In this document: in pieces, positions 20,296-31,032 of the stretch
Position numbering within the stretch: the stretch's first letter is position 1
How the letters are laid out: each line of letters opens with the position of its first letter
NCBI GenBank assembly: GCA_964410705.1
Contig: CAYPIG010000001.1
Coordinates: forward strand, 25,362-89,361
Length of the DNA stretch: 64,000 nucleotides
Direction: 5' to 3'
DNA from: an uncultured Gallionella sp.
GTDB lineage: Bacteria; Pseudomonadota; Gammaproteobacteria; Burkholderiales; Gallionellaceae
Program-made: the position numbers and the translations under genes
The notes under the pieces: model-generated
Told to the model about the DNA's origin: nothing
The model's database searches: none
What the model saw: the letters and a program-made list of their open reading frames with translations, nothing else

Positions 20296-21072
20296 CTATG
20301 TGATTTTGAGCAGTTTGAGTGCGGTTTCCAGCCCCTCGGTGGTGAGCCTGTCCAGTATCGGGCCGAAATAGGGCATGGTAAAGCTCAGCACGAAAAAGCC
20401 CACCGACAAGGTGATCGGAAAGCCGATGGCAAACAGATTGAGTTGCTGCGCCGCCCGGGTCAGGATGCCCAGCGCGATATTGGCAATCAGCAGCGCGGCG
20501 AGCAGCGGCAGGGATATTTGCAGTGCATAGGCGAAGATGCTCGCGCCCCATTGCGCAGCCGCCAGAAAGCTTTTGGCGGGCAGCATTTGCCCCACGGGCA
20601 GGGTGTGAAAACTCTCCGCCACGGCGGAGAGCAGGATCAGGTGGCCGTTCATGGACAGAAAGATCAGCGAGGCGATGATGCCCAGCCATTGAGCGATGAC
20701 GGGCGAATAGCTCGAATTCTGCGGATCATAGAAGCTGGCAAAACCCAGACCCATCTGCAGTCCGGCAAATTCGCCGGCCATTTCCACTGCGGTAAAAACC
20801 ATGCGTATGATGAAGCCTATCATCGTGCCTATGATGATCTGCTGAACCAGGATCAGCAGTCCTTGCGGAGAGCCTATCTGCACATCGGGCATGGGATCCA
20901 GAGTGGGAGCGATGACGATGGATAGCAGGATTGCCAGCCCTATCTTGATGCGCCTGGGGAGCTGTTTGTTGCCCAGGATGGGGGAACTGGTGATCATCGC
21001 CAGCACACGGGCCAGTGGGAACATCAAGGTGGCGAGCCACAGATCCAGTTGAGCGCTGGTAATGTTAATCAC
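20296..21072 (-). CDS. fliR: Flagellar export protein FliR
   Basis: Polytopic membrane protein, GLQMGLGFASFYDP, QLNLFAIGFP. GTG start at 21072 inferred. Confidence 0.95.
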   Translation of the reverse strand: MINITSAQLDLWLATLMFPLARVLAMITSSPILGNKQLPRRIKIGLAILLSIVIAPTLDPMPDVQIGSPQGLLILVQQIIIGTMIGFIIRMVFTAVEMAGEFAGLQMGLGFASFYDPQNSSYSPVIAQWLGIIASLIFLSMNGHLILLSAVAESFHTLPVGQMLPAKSFLAAAQWGASIFAYALQISLPLLAALLIANIALGILTRAAQQLNLFAIGFPITLSVGFFVLSFTMPYFGPILDRLTTEGLETALKLLKIT

Positions 21073-21117
21073 AAGCTGGTCCTGAGCGCGGACTCTCGAA
21101 TCCTGCAATGCGCCCCA

Positions 21118-21387
21118 TCATCCCACCATCCAGGGGATGTTGCCATACAGGCGGTGGATGAAATCCACCATCATGGTGATCATCCAGGGACCTGCGATGA
21201 CCAGTACCAGAAAAATTCCCACCAGCTTTGGTATGAACGACAGGGTTTGTTCATTGATCTGGGTGGCAGCCTGAAAAATACTCACCACCAGACCGATCAG
21301 CAAGGCGCTGAGCAACAGGGGGGCGGACAGCAGCAGGGTCATCTCTATGGCCTGTTGTCCCAGCGTCATGACGGATTCGGGAGTCAT
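21118..21387 (-). CDS. fliQ: Flagellar export protein FliQ
   Basis: FQAATQINEQTLSFIPK. Confidence 0.97.
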   Translation of the reverse strand: MTPESVMTLGQQAIEMTLLLSAPLLLSALLIGLVVSIFQAATQINEQTLSFIPKLVGIFLVLVIAGPWMITMMVDFIHRLYGNIPWMVG

Positions 21388-21393
21388 CTTCGT

Positions 21394-22134
21394 TCAGGTG
21401 TAAAAGCTCTGTGCCAGCGAGCCGATCAAAAGATTCCAGCCGTCGGCCAGCACGAACAGCATGATCTTGAAGGGCAGTGAGATGATGGAAGGGGAGAGCA
21501 TCATCATACCCATGGACATCAGCACGCTGGCGACCACCATGTCTATGATCAGAAACGGGATGTAGATCACAAAGCCAATCTGGAAGGCGGTCTTAAGTTC
21601 GCTGGTCACATAGGCAGGTACCAGCAGGCGCAGCGGAACCTCTTCCGGGCTTTGCAACTCGTCGCTGTTGGAGATCTTGACGAACAGGGCCAGATCAGTC
21701 TGGCGGGTCTGACGCAGCATGAAGGCTTTGAGCGGCACCACGCCTTTTTCAACGGCCTGTTGCAAGTCGAGTTTGCTTTCGCTGTAGGGCTGGTAGGCTT
21801 CGGTGTAGATTTTATCGAACACCGGAGACATGACAAAGAAAGTCAGGAACAGGGAAAGGCCGATCAGCACCTGATTGGGAGGAGAGGCGGGTGTTCCCAG
21901 CGCCGAGCGCAACATGCTAAGCACGATGATGATGCGGGTAAATCCTGTCATCATCAGCAGTATGGCCGGCAAAAAACTCAGCGAGGTGAGTATCAGCAGA
22001 GTCTGCAGGCTAAGGCTGTAGCTCTGACCGCCGCCAGCCGCTGCCTTGCTGGTGATGGCGGGGACGGCGATCTCTGCCCATGCGCCGCAGGACAGAAACA
22101 GCAGGGCGATGGCAAGCAACAGGCTACGACGCAT
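21394..22134 (-). CDS. fliP: Flagellar export protein FliP
   Basis: [41 protein letters not shown]. Confidence 0.97.
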   Translation of the reverse strand: MRRSLLLAIALLFLSCGAWAEIAVPAITSKAAAGGGQSYSLSLQTLLILTSLSFLPAILLMMTGFTRIIIVLSMLRSALGTPASPPNQVLIGLSLFLTFFVMSPVFDKIYTEAYQPYSESKLDLQQAVEKGVVPLKAFMLRQTRQTDLALFVKISNSDELQSPEEVPLRLLVPAYVTSELKTAFQIGFVIYIPFLIIDMVVASVLMSMGMMMLSPSIISLPFKIMLFVLADGWNLLIGSLAQSFYT

Positions 22135-22546
22135 CGGAACTTCCTGTGCGGGGCTTATACAGGGTCGCCAGCAGGCTGGAAAACTTCTGGTCGGTTGCTG
22201 CGGCAGGCTGCCAGTCTTCTATCTTCTCCAGCGTATGCAGGGTGCGTATCTGGCCGGGGCCGACGCCTACCACCAGCCAGGTTTCGTTTATCTCTATCAG
22301 CACGATCCGCTCGCGCTGACCGATCGCAACGCTGCTGATGACTTTGAGCAGGCCGTCGGATTGCTGACCGGTGATATTCATCCGCTTTAACAGCCAGGCG
22401 ATAAAAATGATGACGGCCAGCACCAGCAGCAGGCTGAAGGTCACCTGCAGCAGGCTGCCGGTACTCGCTACCGTCACCTCAGGTCTTGCGGATTCGGCAG
22501 CTGCGGCGCTCAAGGGGGCGCTGAAAATAAATGCGAGCAGCTTCAT
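22124..22546 (-). CDS. fliO: Flagellar protein FliO/FliZ
   Basis: Single TM segment then [11 protein letters not shown]...LVVGV; lies between fliN and fliP. Confidence 0.9.
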   Translation of the reverse strand: MKLLAFIFSAPLSAAAAESARPEVTVASTGSLLQVTFSLLLVLAVIIFIAWLLKRMNITGQQSDGLLKVISSVAIGQRERIVLIEINETWLVVGVGPGQIRTLHTLEKIEDWQPAAATDQKFSSLLATLYKPRTGSSDAS

Positions 22547-22983
22547 CAGCGGTTAATGCGGCGCAGACGTTCGGAGGGCGTGGTGATGTCGGTCAGCCTG
22601 ATGCCGAGCTTGTCGTTGACGACCACGACTTCGCCCTGAGCGATCAGAAATCCGTTGATCATCACATCCAGAGGTTCTCCGGCCATCGCGGAGAGTTCGA
22701 CCACCGAGCCTTGCGCCAGCTGCAGCAGGTTCTTGATCGGCATCTTGGTGCGGCCCAGCTCCACGGTCAGCTGCACCGGTATGTCCAGTATCATGTCCAG
22801 ATCGTTAGGCGTGCTGCCTGCGCTGCCCGCGCCAAACTTTTCAAATACATGGGGCTTAGGGGGCGGCGCTGTCTGTTCGGCCATGGCGGCAGCCCAGTCA
22901 TCGGTGCCGGAAGCCTCCGCGCTGGCCTGCTCTGACATGGCTGCTCCCCAGTCATCGGCAGTGATGGCGGTTTCGTCAGACAT
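22546..22983 (-). CDS. fliN: Flagellar motor switch protein FliN
   Basis: ILDIPVQLTVELGRT, GEVVVVNDKLGIR. ATG22983 follows a GAAGGAG SD. Confidence 0.96.
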   Translation of the reverse strand: MSDETAITADDWGAAMSEQASAEASGTDDWAAAMAEQTAPPPKPHVFEKFGAGSAGSTPNDLDMILDIPVQLTVELGRTKMPIKNLLQLAQGSVVELSAMAGEPLDVMINGFLIAQGEVVVVNDKLGIRLTDITTPSERLRRINR

Positions 22984-23965
22984 GATCTTCTCCTTCATTG
23001 GTATGCAGCAATTTTACAATTTTAAGCGCGTATTGATTGTTGAATACGCCGTATTTACATTCCATCACCGGTATTCCGTCCACCGATGCGGAGACATTTT
23101 CCTCGACTTCGATCGGGATGACATCGCCCACCCGCATTTTTAGCACCCGGTCCAGCGTGATTCTTGCGCCGCCCAGCGTGGCAATCAGTTCAATTTCCGC
23201 GCATTGAACCTGGCGGGACAACAGTTGCAGCCAGCGCGAGTCTACCGCCAGATGCTCTCCTTGTATGTTGTTGAACAGCAGATCCTTCACCGGTTCCAGA
23301 GTCGAATAGGGCAGGCAGATATGGAAGGCCCCGCCGTTACCGCCCAGTTCGATATCGAAGGTGGTGACGATCACCACCTCATTGGGGGTGGCGATGTTGG
23401 CAAATTGAGGGTTCATTTCCGAACGCACGAACTCGAACTCGAGCGGATGTACGGTTTCCCATGCCTTGGTGTAGGTTTCGAACACCACGGCCAGCATCTT
23501 CTGGATGATGCGCTGTTCGGTCTGCGTGAATTCACGCCCCTCGACTCGGGTGTGGAAACGCCCGTCGCCGCCGAACATGTTGTCCACCACTAAAAATACC
23601 AGATTGGGGTCGAAAATAAACAGCCCGTTGCCGCGCAGGGGCTTGGCGCCGATGATGTTGAGGTTGGTCGGGACGGCCAGATTGCGCACGAATTCGCCGA
23701 ATTTCAGCACACGCACCGGTCCTACCGATATTTCCGGGGTGCGCCGTATGAAATTGAACAAACCGATGCGGAACAGGCGGGCAAAACGTTCGTTGATGAT
23801 CTCCATGGTGGGCATACGCCCACGCACGATGCGTTCCTGAGACGCCAGATTGTAGGGGCGCACCTCACCGGCTGAAGCTTCGACGTGCTCTGCAACATCA
23901 TCGGCTTCTCCGTTCACTCCCTTGAGCAGGGAGTCAACTTCATCCTGTGAGAGAAATTCGCTCAT
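22976..23965 (-). CDS. fliM: Flagellar motor switch protein FliM
   Basis: LSQDEVDSLL, RGRMPTMEIINERFAR, SEMNPQF. Confidence 0.97.
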   Translation of the reverse strand: MSEFLSQDEVDSLLKGVNGEADDVAEHVEASAGEVRPYNLASQERIVRGRMPTMEIINERFARLFRIGLFNFIRRTPEISVGPVRVLKFGEFVRNLAVPTNLNIIGAKPLRGNGLFIFDPNLVFLVVDNMFGGDGRFHTRVEGREFTQTEQRIIQKMLAVVFETYTKAWETVHPLEFEFVRSEMNPQFANIATPNEVVIVTTFDIELGGNGGAFHICLPYSTLEPVKDLLFNNIQGEHLAVDSRWLQLLSRQVQCAEIELIATLGGARITLDRVLKMRVGDVIPIEVEENVSASVDGIPVMECKYGVFNNQYALKIVKLLHTNEGEDHV

Positions 23966-24582
23966 TACTGTATGATGAACGAGGTGAACAGCACTTCGGC
24001 GACACCTTTCTTGGCCGGTTTTACAGCCTCTTCATCGTGGGCCGGGGTCTCACTTTCTGTCGTTTTTGCGCGTATGGCCGGTGCGCTCTTGCGCAGGCCG
24101 AGCACGAATTCAACCTGGGTCTTGATGTCGCTCGCCAGCTTTTCCTTGCCTTCTATGGAGGTCAGTTCGGAACGGTATTTGCTCTGCAGCAGCATGTTGA
24201 TCTTGTGCTGAATTTCAGGCGTTCTTTCCTTCACTTTTTCTTCGAGCTCAGGTTTGACCAGTTTGATGGATACCGCGACCTGAATGACGCTCTCGGAGCC
24301 ATCGTTCATCAGATTGCCGGTGAAGGTGCCCAGTTCGACAAACTTGGGAGGAAGCTTGTGTTTGGCATCTACCTCATCTTCGTCTTCCGCATCCGCTTCT
24401 TCGGCTGCCGCAGCGTGGTCAGCCTTGGGCGGGTGTTCCTTTTTCATCATGAAGAAAGCAGCGGCTCCCCCGCCTGCCAGCAGCACAACCAATGCGATAA
24501 TGATGATGAGCATTTTTTTGCTCTTGGGGGGCGGCAAGTCTCCGGCTGCGGGGGCTGCGGCGGGTTTGGCGGGTTTCGACAT
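23965..24582 (-). CDS. fliL: Flagellar basal-body protein FliL
   Basis: N-terminal TM anchor, FTGNL, LTSIEGKEKL, VLFTSFIIQ. Confidence 0.94.
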   Translation of the reverse strand: MSKPAKPAAAPAAGDLPPPKSKKMLIIIIALVVLLAGGGAAAFFMMKKEHPPKADHAAAAEEADAEDEDEVDAKHKLPPKFVELGTFTGNLMNDGSESVIQVAVSIKLVKPELEEKVKERTPEIQHKINMLLQSKYRSELTSIEGKEKLASDIKTQVEFVLGLRKSAPAIRAKTTESETPAHDEEAVKPAKKGVAEVLFTSFIIQ

Positions 24583-24678
24583 CTCTCGATTCCTTGTGGA
24601 TGGTTATGAAAAATTGGCGCGGCGAATGATGACACAAATTGTGCAGTTTTCCACGGCAAAGTTGAATCAAATTTTAGT

Positions 24679-25740
24679 TTATGCGAAGGTGTCCACCATG
24701 CCGTTGTGACTGCGCTCTGCGATGCGGGCGAGTGGCGCAGCTTCCGTAGTCAGGACGGGCTCGGCCGATTCACTCCGCTTGCGCGGACTGGTAAATTCCG
24801 AGCGATCCCTGGGGGGCTGATCGTTTACGGTCGCATTGCCCAGCATGATGCCGTTTTCAGCCATGCTTTCGCGCAGTCTGGGCATGGCGTTTTCAATGGC
24901 TTCCCGAACGGCGCTGTGCGGCGAGGAAAACTGTGCGGTGGCCTGATTGTCGCTGATGGTGAGCACCACGCTCATGGGGCCCAAATCGGGCGGGTTCAGA
25001 TGCAGTTCGGCAACCTGACTCTGCTGTGTGCTCATCCAGCTGATCTTCTGCGCAAATTCGGCAGGCCATGCGTGGCTGCTCAGCGGTGCGGCGATGTGAT
25101 TCTGGGTATTTGCCGTGACGATAACGGGCTGCGGCGCAATATTCACCTGAGTAGGTGCGGGGGTTTCCGGCAGTTTGAAAACTTCGGCTTTGGTTTCCGT
25201 CTTGCCGGGATTGACCGTCAGTGTGTTGCCCACGGGCAGGGCTTCGTTTTTGGGAGCGGCAAGCGTTCTGAGGTCCTGGCTAGTGGGCGCGGTTGCCGAC
25301 GAGGCGATGCCGGAGGTCGATGGCGCGGCATTCTGAGGCGCGACATTGGTTGACTGAGGCGTGACTGCAGTTGCCTGGGGCGCGACAGCAGTAGTCTGAG
25401 GCGCGATACCGGTCATCATAGGCTCCGCTGTCGGCTGGGTCGCGGGTGTTGCGGCATCTGGCGGTACCGTCGTATCTGCGCTCGTCTTGCCGATGCTTGG
25501 CGTTGTCACAGATAAGCCCAGCATGGCCGCAAGTGCCAGAGAGGCCGCATCCGGTGCGGGTGGCTGATCTTCAGCTGCCTGACTGACTGGAACACGATGA
25601 GCGGGGGTTTTGTCCTTTACCGAATTCTCGCTCATTTTTTTCGACAGGATATTGCCGAACTCGGCGGGTGTCTGGCCGGATTCGGTTTTCTGATTGGCAC
25701 CCTGTTGCGGATTGACGACATTGAGTACGGGATTGATCAC
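24679..25740 (-). CDS. fliK: Hook-length control protein FliK
   Basis: Pro/Thr/Ala-rich N-terminus, AELHLNPPDLG, AIENAMPRLRE. GTG start with GGAG SD. Confidence 0.93.
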   Translation of the reverse strand: MINPVLNVVNPQQGANQKTESGQTPAEFGNILSKKMSENSVKDKTPAHRVPVSQAAEDQPPAPDAASLALAAMLGLSVTTPSIGKTSADTTVPPDAATPATQPTAEPMMTGIAPQTTAVAPQATAVTPQSTNVAPQNAAPSTSGIASSATAPTSQDLRTLAAPKNEALPVGNTLTVNPGKTETKAEVFKLPETPAPTQVNIAPQPVIVTANTQNHIAAPLSSHAWPAEFAQKISWMSTQQSQVAELHLNPPDLGPMSVVLTISDNQATAQFSSPHSAVREAIENAMPRLRESMAENGIMLGNATVNDQPPRDRSEFTSPRKRSESAEPVLTTEAAPLARIAERSHNGMVDTFA

Positions 25741-25749
25741 GATAATCTC

Positions 25750-26205
25750 CTATTTTTCCGGATTGAGCATCTTGTAAGCGGCAGCTCTCCCGGTGTGTTC
25801 GTCCATGGCCTTTTGTTCCTGCTTGGCTGCTATTTTTTCCTGCTGTTCTGCATGGCGCTGCTGCAAGGTGTCGAACGATTTGAGCTTGCGCTGTGTGCCG
25901 GTATATTCGCTGCGTCCCTTCTGGGTCGATATTTTACTCTGTTCCAGCGCCTTGATCTGCTGGGCAATGGCAGCATCCAGCTTGTAAATAAAGGCCTGAA
26001 AGTTCCGCAGTTCCGCAGGCGTCATGCCTTCCTGGCTGGCTTTTTGCATGCGCGCCTGATAATCACGACGGTATTCAAGCAGCATGTCGAGCTGCGCCTG
26101 AGTATCGTGCTCCTGACGGTTTAGCTCCCCAAGTTTACGCGTGGCCGATTCGTTGCGTATCTGCGCCAGATTCAACAAGGGTTGCAATGCAAAGGGCTTG
26201 GACAT
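25750..26205 (-). CDS. fliJ: Flagellar export protein FliJ
   Basis: LLEYRRDY, FQAFIYKLDAAI, EQKAMDE; lies between fliI and fliK. Confidence 0.94.
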   Translation of the reverse strand: MSKPFALQPLLNLAQIRNESATRKLGELNRQEHDTQAQLDMLLEYRRDYQARMQKASQEGMTPAELRNFQAFIYKLDAAIAQQIKALEQSKISTQKGRSEYTGTQRKLKSFDTLQQRHAEQQEKIAAKQEQKAMDEHTGRAAAYKMLNPEK

Positions 26206-26210
26206 GTTCT

Positions 26211-27539
26211 TTAGTGTATGGTTTCAAACAGTGCCGCCAGCTGGGCGATGCTGTCGTTATAGTTTTCGCACTGTAGCATGCCTTGCTTCAAAAATTGCTC
26301 CATGCGCGGATAGATTCTGATGGCTTCGTCCAGCAACGGGTCGCTGCCGTTGATGTAGGCGCCTACACTGATCAAATCCCGGTTCCGCTGGTAGTGAGCG
26401 TACAGCTGTTTGAAGCGTTGCACCAGTTTTAAATGTTCGGGAGTGGCAAGTCTGGACATCACCCGGCTGATGGACGCCTCGATGTCGATGGCGGGATAGT
26501 GTCCCTGTTCGACCAGCCTGCGCGACAGCACGATGTGACCGTCCAGAATCGCGCGTGCACTGTCGGCTATCGGATCCTGTTGATCGTCGCCTTCGGTGAG
26601 TACCGTATAAAATGCGGTGATCGAACCGCCGCCTTCATGTCCGTTTCCTGCCCGTTCGACCAGCTGGGGAAGTTTGGCAAAAACAGACGGAGGATAACCT
26701 TTGGTTGCCGGGGGCTCTCCTACCGCCAGCGCTATCTCACGCTGTGCCATCGCGTAACGGGTCAGGGAATCCATGATCAACAACACATTTTTGCCCTGGT
26801 CGCGGAAATATTCGGCGATGGTGGTTGCATAGGCGGTGCCCTGCAGGCGCATCAGCGGCGAGGTGTCGGCGGGGGTGGCAACCACCACGGATCTGGCCAG
26901 GCCCTCAGGCCCCAGAATGTCATTGATGAACTCTTTGACTTCACGTCCACGTTCGCCTATCAGACCCACCACGGTGATGTCGGCGCTGGTATAGCGCGCC
27001 ATCATCCCCAGCAGCACGCTCTTACCCACGCCACTGCCGGCAAACAGTCCCATGCGTTGCCCTCTTCCGACCGAGAGCAGGCTGTTGATGGCGCGCACCC
27101 CGACATCGAGCGGGGTTTCGATGGAGGCGCGCTCCAGCGGGTTGAACGGGCGGCTCTGCAACGGCGCCGAAGCCGTTTCGTTCAGGGGCCCGAGCTGGTC
27201 CAGAGGTTTTCCTGCACCATCGAGCACGCGACCTAGCAGCATGTTGCCGACCGGCAGGTGTTTGGCGTGATCCGATTTGCGGCGGCGTGACGGTTTGCGT
27301 TTTTCCGCAAGGGTCATGGTGTGTGCAGGTTCAACCGGCCTGACGCGGGCGCCGGGGACCAAGCCATATACATCGTTTTCGGGCATCAGAAACAGTTTTT
27401 CTCCGGAAAATCCGACAACTTCCGCTTCAATCGTGCTGTTTGTCAGGCGGATTTCACAGGTGCTTCCCACCGGCATCTGTAAGCCGACCGCTTCCATGAT
27501 CAGCCCGGTCACCTTGGTCAGATGCCCACTCGGCGGCAT
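26211..27539 (-). CDS. fliI: Flagellum-specific ATPase FliI; conserved N-terminus continues upstream of this ATG (see finding)
   Basis: Walker [34 protein letters not shown]. Confidence 0.96.
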   Translation of the reverse strand: MPPSGHLTKVTGLIMEAVGLQMPVGSTCEIRLTNSTIEAEVVGFSGEKLFLMPENDVYGLVPGARVRPVEPAHTMTLAEKRKPSRRRKSDHAKHLPVGNMLLGRVLDGAGKPLDQLGPLNETASAPLQSRPFNPLERASIETPLDVGVRAINSLLSVGRGQRMGLFAGSGVGKSVLLGMMARYTSADITVVGLIGERGREVKEFINDILGPEGLARSVVVATPADTSPLMRLQGTAYATTIAEYFRDQGKNVLLIMDSLTRYAMAQREIALAVGEPPATKGYPPSVFAKLPQLVERAGNGHEGGGSITAFYTVLTEGDDQQDPIADSARAILDGHIVLSRRLVEQGHYPAIDIEASISRVMSRLATPEHLKLVQRFKQLYAHYQRNRDLISVGAYINGSDPLLDEAIRIYPRMEQFLKQGMLQCENYNDSIAQLAALFETIH

Positions 27540-27618
27540 CGGGTTGCATTCGGCGACATAGGCGCGTCCTTCCGACAGAAAAGCCTGCCAGCGCAGACTG
27601 TGTTCACCGGGCTTTAAA

Positions 27619-27627
27619 GGGGGGGGG
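27619..27627. repeat. G9 homopolymer (C9 on the coding strand) in the fliI 5' region
   Basis: ...TTTAAA GGGGGGGGG CGT..., counted directly as 9 G. Confidence 0.95.
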
Positions 27628-27678
27628 CGTGATCCGGGGCGCCCGGATCGATGATCTCGGTCTGATCTATCCTGAGTG

Positions 27679-28347
27679 TCAGCTCATCATCCACGATTTA
27701 TCACGTCCTATGGATTCGATGATGTTCTGCCATCTGGCTGCATTGGTCGCATCGATATTGCTGTGTGCCGTTTCCAGACGGCATCCGCCCGCTTCGATTT
27801 TGGCATCGGTGAAGATTTTCCATCCGGCATGGGCGAGCTCTTCCCCCATCTGCTTGCGCACCAGTTCGGCGTCCTGCGGGTTCAGGATCAAATGCGCATT
27901 CTGATTGAAGTGCGGCAGACTGGATATTGCGGATCTGACGATTTTTACGATGACTTCGGGTCTGGTATGCAGTGTCTCGCTGATCATTTTACGCGCGATC
28001 TCCAGCGACAGGTCGAGCAACGATTGCGCCAACTGTTCGTCTATCTGAGTCAGTGCGATCTGCAAGTTGCCCATCAGAGTTTCTATGCGGGAGGTCTCTG
28101 ACTGGGACTGCATCAGTCCTGCCGAAAATCCAGCCTGATAGCCTGCCGCATAGCCTTCTTCGCGCGCCAGCTTTTGAGCATCCGCTAATTCGGCTGCGAC
28201 AGTGGCCGCGCTCATCGCAGCGGTGACCGAGGGTGCGAACACGGGGGGAGGCGGTGCCTTGACCTGTGCTCTGACTGGCGTGGCATCGAAAGAGGGCAAC
28301 TCCCAGCGTTCGAATGCCGTCATCTGTTCTCTGGGATCATTGGCCAT
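27679..28347 (-). CDS. fliH: Flagellar assembly protein FliH
   Basis: [18 protein letters not shown] repeats, GGCRLET. Confidence 0.94.
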   Translation of the reverse strand: MANDPREQMTAFERWELPSFDATPVRAQVKAPPPPVFAPSVTAAMSAATVAAELADAQKLAREEGYAAGYQAGFSAGLMQSQSETSRIETLMGNLQIALTQIDEQLAQSLLDLSLEIARKMISETLHTRPEVIVKIVRSAISSLPHFNQNAHLILNPQDAELVRKQMGEELAHAGWKIFTDAKIEAGGCRLETAHSNIDATNAARWQNIIESIGRDKSWMMS

Positions 28348-28355
28348 GGCTAATA

Positions 28356-29351
28356 TCAGACGTAGGCATCTTCATCTCCCTTGCCGCCCAGCGCGATCTG
28401 CCCTTCATCGGACAGCCGCTTGACGACCTTGAGTATTTCTTTCTGGTTGGACTCGACTTCGCTGAGTTTGACGGGGCCTTTGGATTCCAGATCTTCGCGC
28501 ATCATTTCGGCGGCACGGGACGACATGTTCTTGAATATCTTCTCGCGCAACTCTTCGCTTGCCCCCTTGAGTGCGACGATCAGCGCCTCGGATTGAACTT
28601 CGCGCAGAATCAGCTGGATGCCTCTGTCGTCCACGTCCAGTATGTTTTCGAACACAAACATCTTGTCTTCGATTTTTTGCGCCAGATCCGGATCGAAACT
28701 GCGCACCTTGTCCATCATCTCGGCTTCCAGTGTGCCGCCCATGAAGTTGAGTATCTCGGCGGCGGTAGAGACGCCGCCCTTGAGGGTCTTCTTGCCGGTT
28801 CCGCCGCCGCTCATCAGCTTGCTCAGCACGTCGTTGAGTTCGCGCAAGGCTAAAGGCTGCACACCGTCCAGCGTGGAGATGCGCAGCAGTACGTCGTTGC
28901 GGGTGCGTTCGGTGAGCATCTTCATGATGGAGGCGGCCTGATCCGGCTCCAGATGCACCAGTATGGTCGCTATGATCTGCGGGTGTTCGTTTCCTATCAT
29001 CTCCGCCACCGCGCCAGGATCCATCCATTTTAGGCTTTCGATGCCGCTGGTGTCGCTGCTGTGCATGATGCGGTCTAGCAGGCCGGCTGCCTTGTCGTCG
29101 CCCAGCGCCTTGGTCAGCATGTTGCGGATGTAGTCGTTCGAATCCATGCCTATGGTGGTTTTTTCGGCGGCAGCGACCAAAAAATCGTGAAAAACCTGGG
29201 AGATCTGATCGCGGTTGAGGTTGCTTAGCGAAACCATCGCCGTGCTGATTTTTTGCACTTCCTTGGGGCCCAGATATTTGAGCACCTCGGCGGCCTCGTT
29301 TTCTCCCAGGGTCATCAGGAAAATTGCGCTGTTTTGTATGCCGTCACTCAT
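28356..29351 (-). CDS. fliG: Flagellar motor switch protein FliG
   Basis: EHPQIIATIL, MFVFENI, VALKGAS, NMSSRAA. Confidence 0.98.
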   Translation of the reverse strand: MSDGIQNSAIFLMTLGENEAAEVLKYLGPKEVQKISTAMVSLSNLNRDQISQVFHDFLVAAAEKTTIGMDSNDYIRNMLTKALGDDKAAGLLDRIMHSSDTSGIESLKWMDPGAVAEMIGNEHPQIIATILVHLEPDQAASIMKMLTERTRNDVLLRISTLDGVQPLALRELNDVLSKLMSGGGTGKKTLKGGVSTAAEILNFMGGTLEAEMMDKVRSFDPDLAQKIEDKMFVFENILDVDDRGIQLILREVQSEALIVALKGASEELREKIFKNMSSRAAEMMREDLESKGPVKLSEVESNQKEILKVVKRLSDEGQIALGGKGDEDAYV

Positions 29352-31032
29352 TGCCGTTCACCCAGTCCCTGATTACGCTGGCCACAATTTTTGGATCCTG
29401 CATGGCGATCTGCCTTGCGATCTGAAGATTCTTCTCGTAGGGTTCAACCGGCGGCGTGTAAACTCCGCCTTCCTCTTCGGCGGTTGCCGCGCCTTCTGCA
29501 CCTTCGACTCCGCCTTCCTCTTCGCCGAGCGGATGGCCTTCCTCGTCCAGTTCTTCTTCGGCTTCGGGCTCCTCTGGCTTGACCGGTTCGAGCGGCTTGA
29601 AGGCCGGGCGGATGACCTTGAACACCACGATCAGCATGACAACGGCGATGATCAGATACTTGGCGATCAGTTTCGCCAGCTCTATGATCTCAGGCTGTTT
29701 CCACCAGGGTATCTCGGGGACGGCTTCCTTGTCGTCGCTGAAAGCGGCATTTTGCACGCTCACGTTGTCGCCGCGGCTCTGATCGAACCCCACCGCATTT
29801 TTGACCAGATTGTCGATCTGCGCCTTCTCTTCGTCTGAGAGGGGTTTAAAGCTGATTTTTCCTTTGGCATCGGTCACCTTGCGGTTGTTGACCAGTACGG
29901 CGACCGACAGGCGCTTGATCATGCCCACCGGCAGCACGGTATGGCTGATGGTGCGATCCACTTCGTAGTTGACGGTGTTCTCTTTGTGCAGATTGTCGAT
30001 CTTTGCCGTATTGGCAGGATCCGCTCCCGGCGGGGGGGAGACGATGGGAGCCGTTGCCGGAACCGGCGGCTGGTTGGACAGCGCGCCTGGCACCCCGCTT
30101 GCGGTAAGGCCTGAGCCGTTCAGGGTCTCAGAATTCTGCTGGCTGCGCACGGTGCTGTCCGCCGGATTCTGATTGGGCTTGTAGACTTCCGCCGTCTGTT
30201 CGGTGCGAGAGAAGTCGATGTTCGCGGTGACCTGCGTATGGACATTGTCCGCGCCCAGCAGCGGTTTGAGTATGGACTCGATGTGTTTGATGTAATCCTG
30301 TTCAATCTGCCTGACGTACTTGAGCTGATTGGCGTCCAGTCCCAGACCGTTGCCGTCCTGCAGGGCGCTTAGCAAACTGCCGTCCTGATCGACGATGGTG
30401 ACGTTCTTGGCGGACATGTCCGGCACGCTGCTTGAAATCAGATGCACGATCGCGCTGACTTGAGCTGCATCCAGCAGTCTGCCGCCGTGCAGGGTCAGGA
30501 TGACGGATGCGCTGGGTTTTTGCTGTTCCTTGATGAACACGCTGGGTTTGGGGATGGCCAGATGCACCCGGGCGCTGGCTACTGCGCCTATGCTCTGCAC
30601 CGAGCGCGCCAGTTCGCCTTCGAGTGCGCGCTGATAGTTGACCTGCTCGGCGAACTGGGTGATGCCGAATTTCTGGTTCTCCATCAGCTCGAAGCCTACC
30701 GTTCCGCCCTTGGGCAGCCCCTGGGTTGCGAGTTTCAGGCGCGCCTCATGTACCTGATGGGCCGGAATCATCAGGGCTCCGCCGCCTTCGGTGAACTTGT
30801 ACGGGATATTCTGCTGTTGCAGCGATTCGATGATGGCGCCGCCGTCCCGGTCCGACAGGTTGCTGTAGAGTATGCGGTATTCCTCTTCCTGTCCCCACAG
30901 CCAGGCGCTGGCGATCAGTGCGATCAGCGCTGCAACGCCTATCCCCAGCCCCATTTTCTGCTGGGCGCTGAGTTGCTCAAAGCGGCTGACGATGCCGTTT
31001 GCGGTGGGAGGGTGGTCTGTTTGTTCGGTCAT
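29344..31032 (-). CDS. fliF: MS-ring protein FliF
   Basis: GLPKGGTVGFEL, YQRALEGELARS, KPSASV, GFDQSRGD. Confidence 0.98.
   Translation of the reverse strand: MTEQTDHPPTANGIVSRFEQLSAQQKMGLGIGVAALIALIASAWLWGQEEEYRILYSNLSDRDGGAIIESLQQQNIPYKFTEGGGALMIPAHQVHEARLKLATQGLPKGGTVGFELMENQKFGITQFAEQVNYQRALEGELARSVQSIGAVASARVHLAIPKPSVFIKEQQKPSASVILTLHGGRLLDAAQVSAIVHLISSSVPDMSAKNVTIVDQDGSLLSALQDGNGLGLDANQLKYVRQIEQDYIKHIESILKPLLGADNVHTQVTANIDFSRTEQTAEVYKPNQNPADSTVRSQQNSETLNGSGLTASGVPGALSNQPPVPATAPIVSPPPGADPANTAKIDNLHKENTVNYEVDRTISHTVLPVGMIKRLSVAVLVNNRKVTDAKGKISFKPLSDEEKAQIDNLVKNAVGFDQSRGDNVSVQNAAFSDDKEAVPEIPWWKQPEIIELAKLIAKYLIIAVVMLIVVFKVIRPAFKPLEPVKPEEPEAEEELDEEGHPLGEEEGGVEGAEGAATAEEEGGVYTPPVEPYEKNLQIARQIAMQDPKIVASVIRDWVNGNE

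Noticed and set aside
30032-30038. G7 tract in fliF as a phase-variation site
   Set aside because: The tract is short and the frame is intact (encodes SPPP); no sign of disruption.
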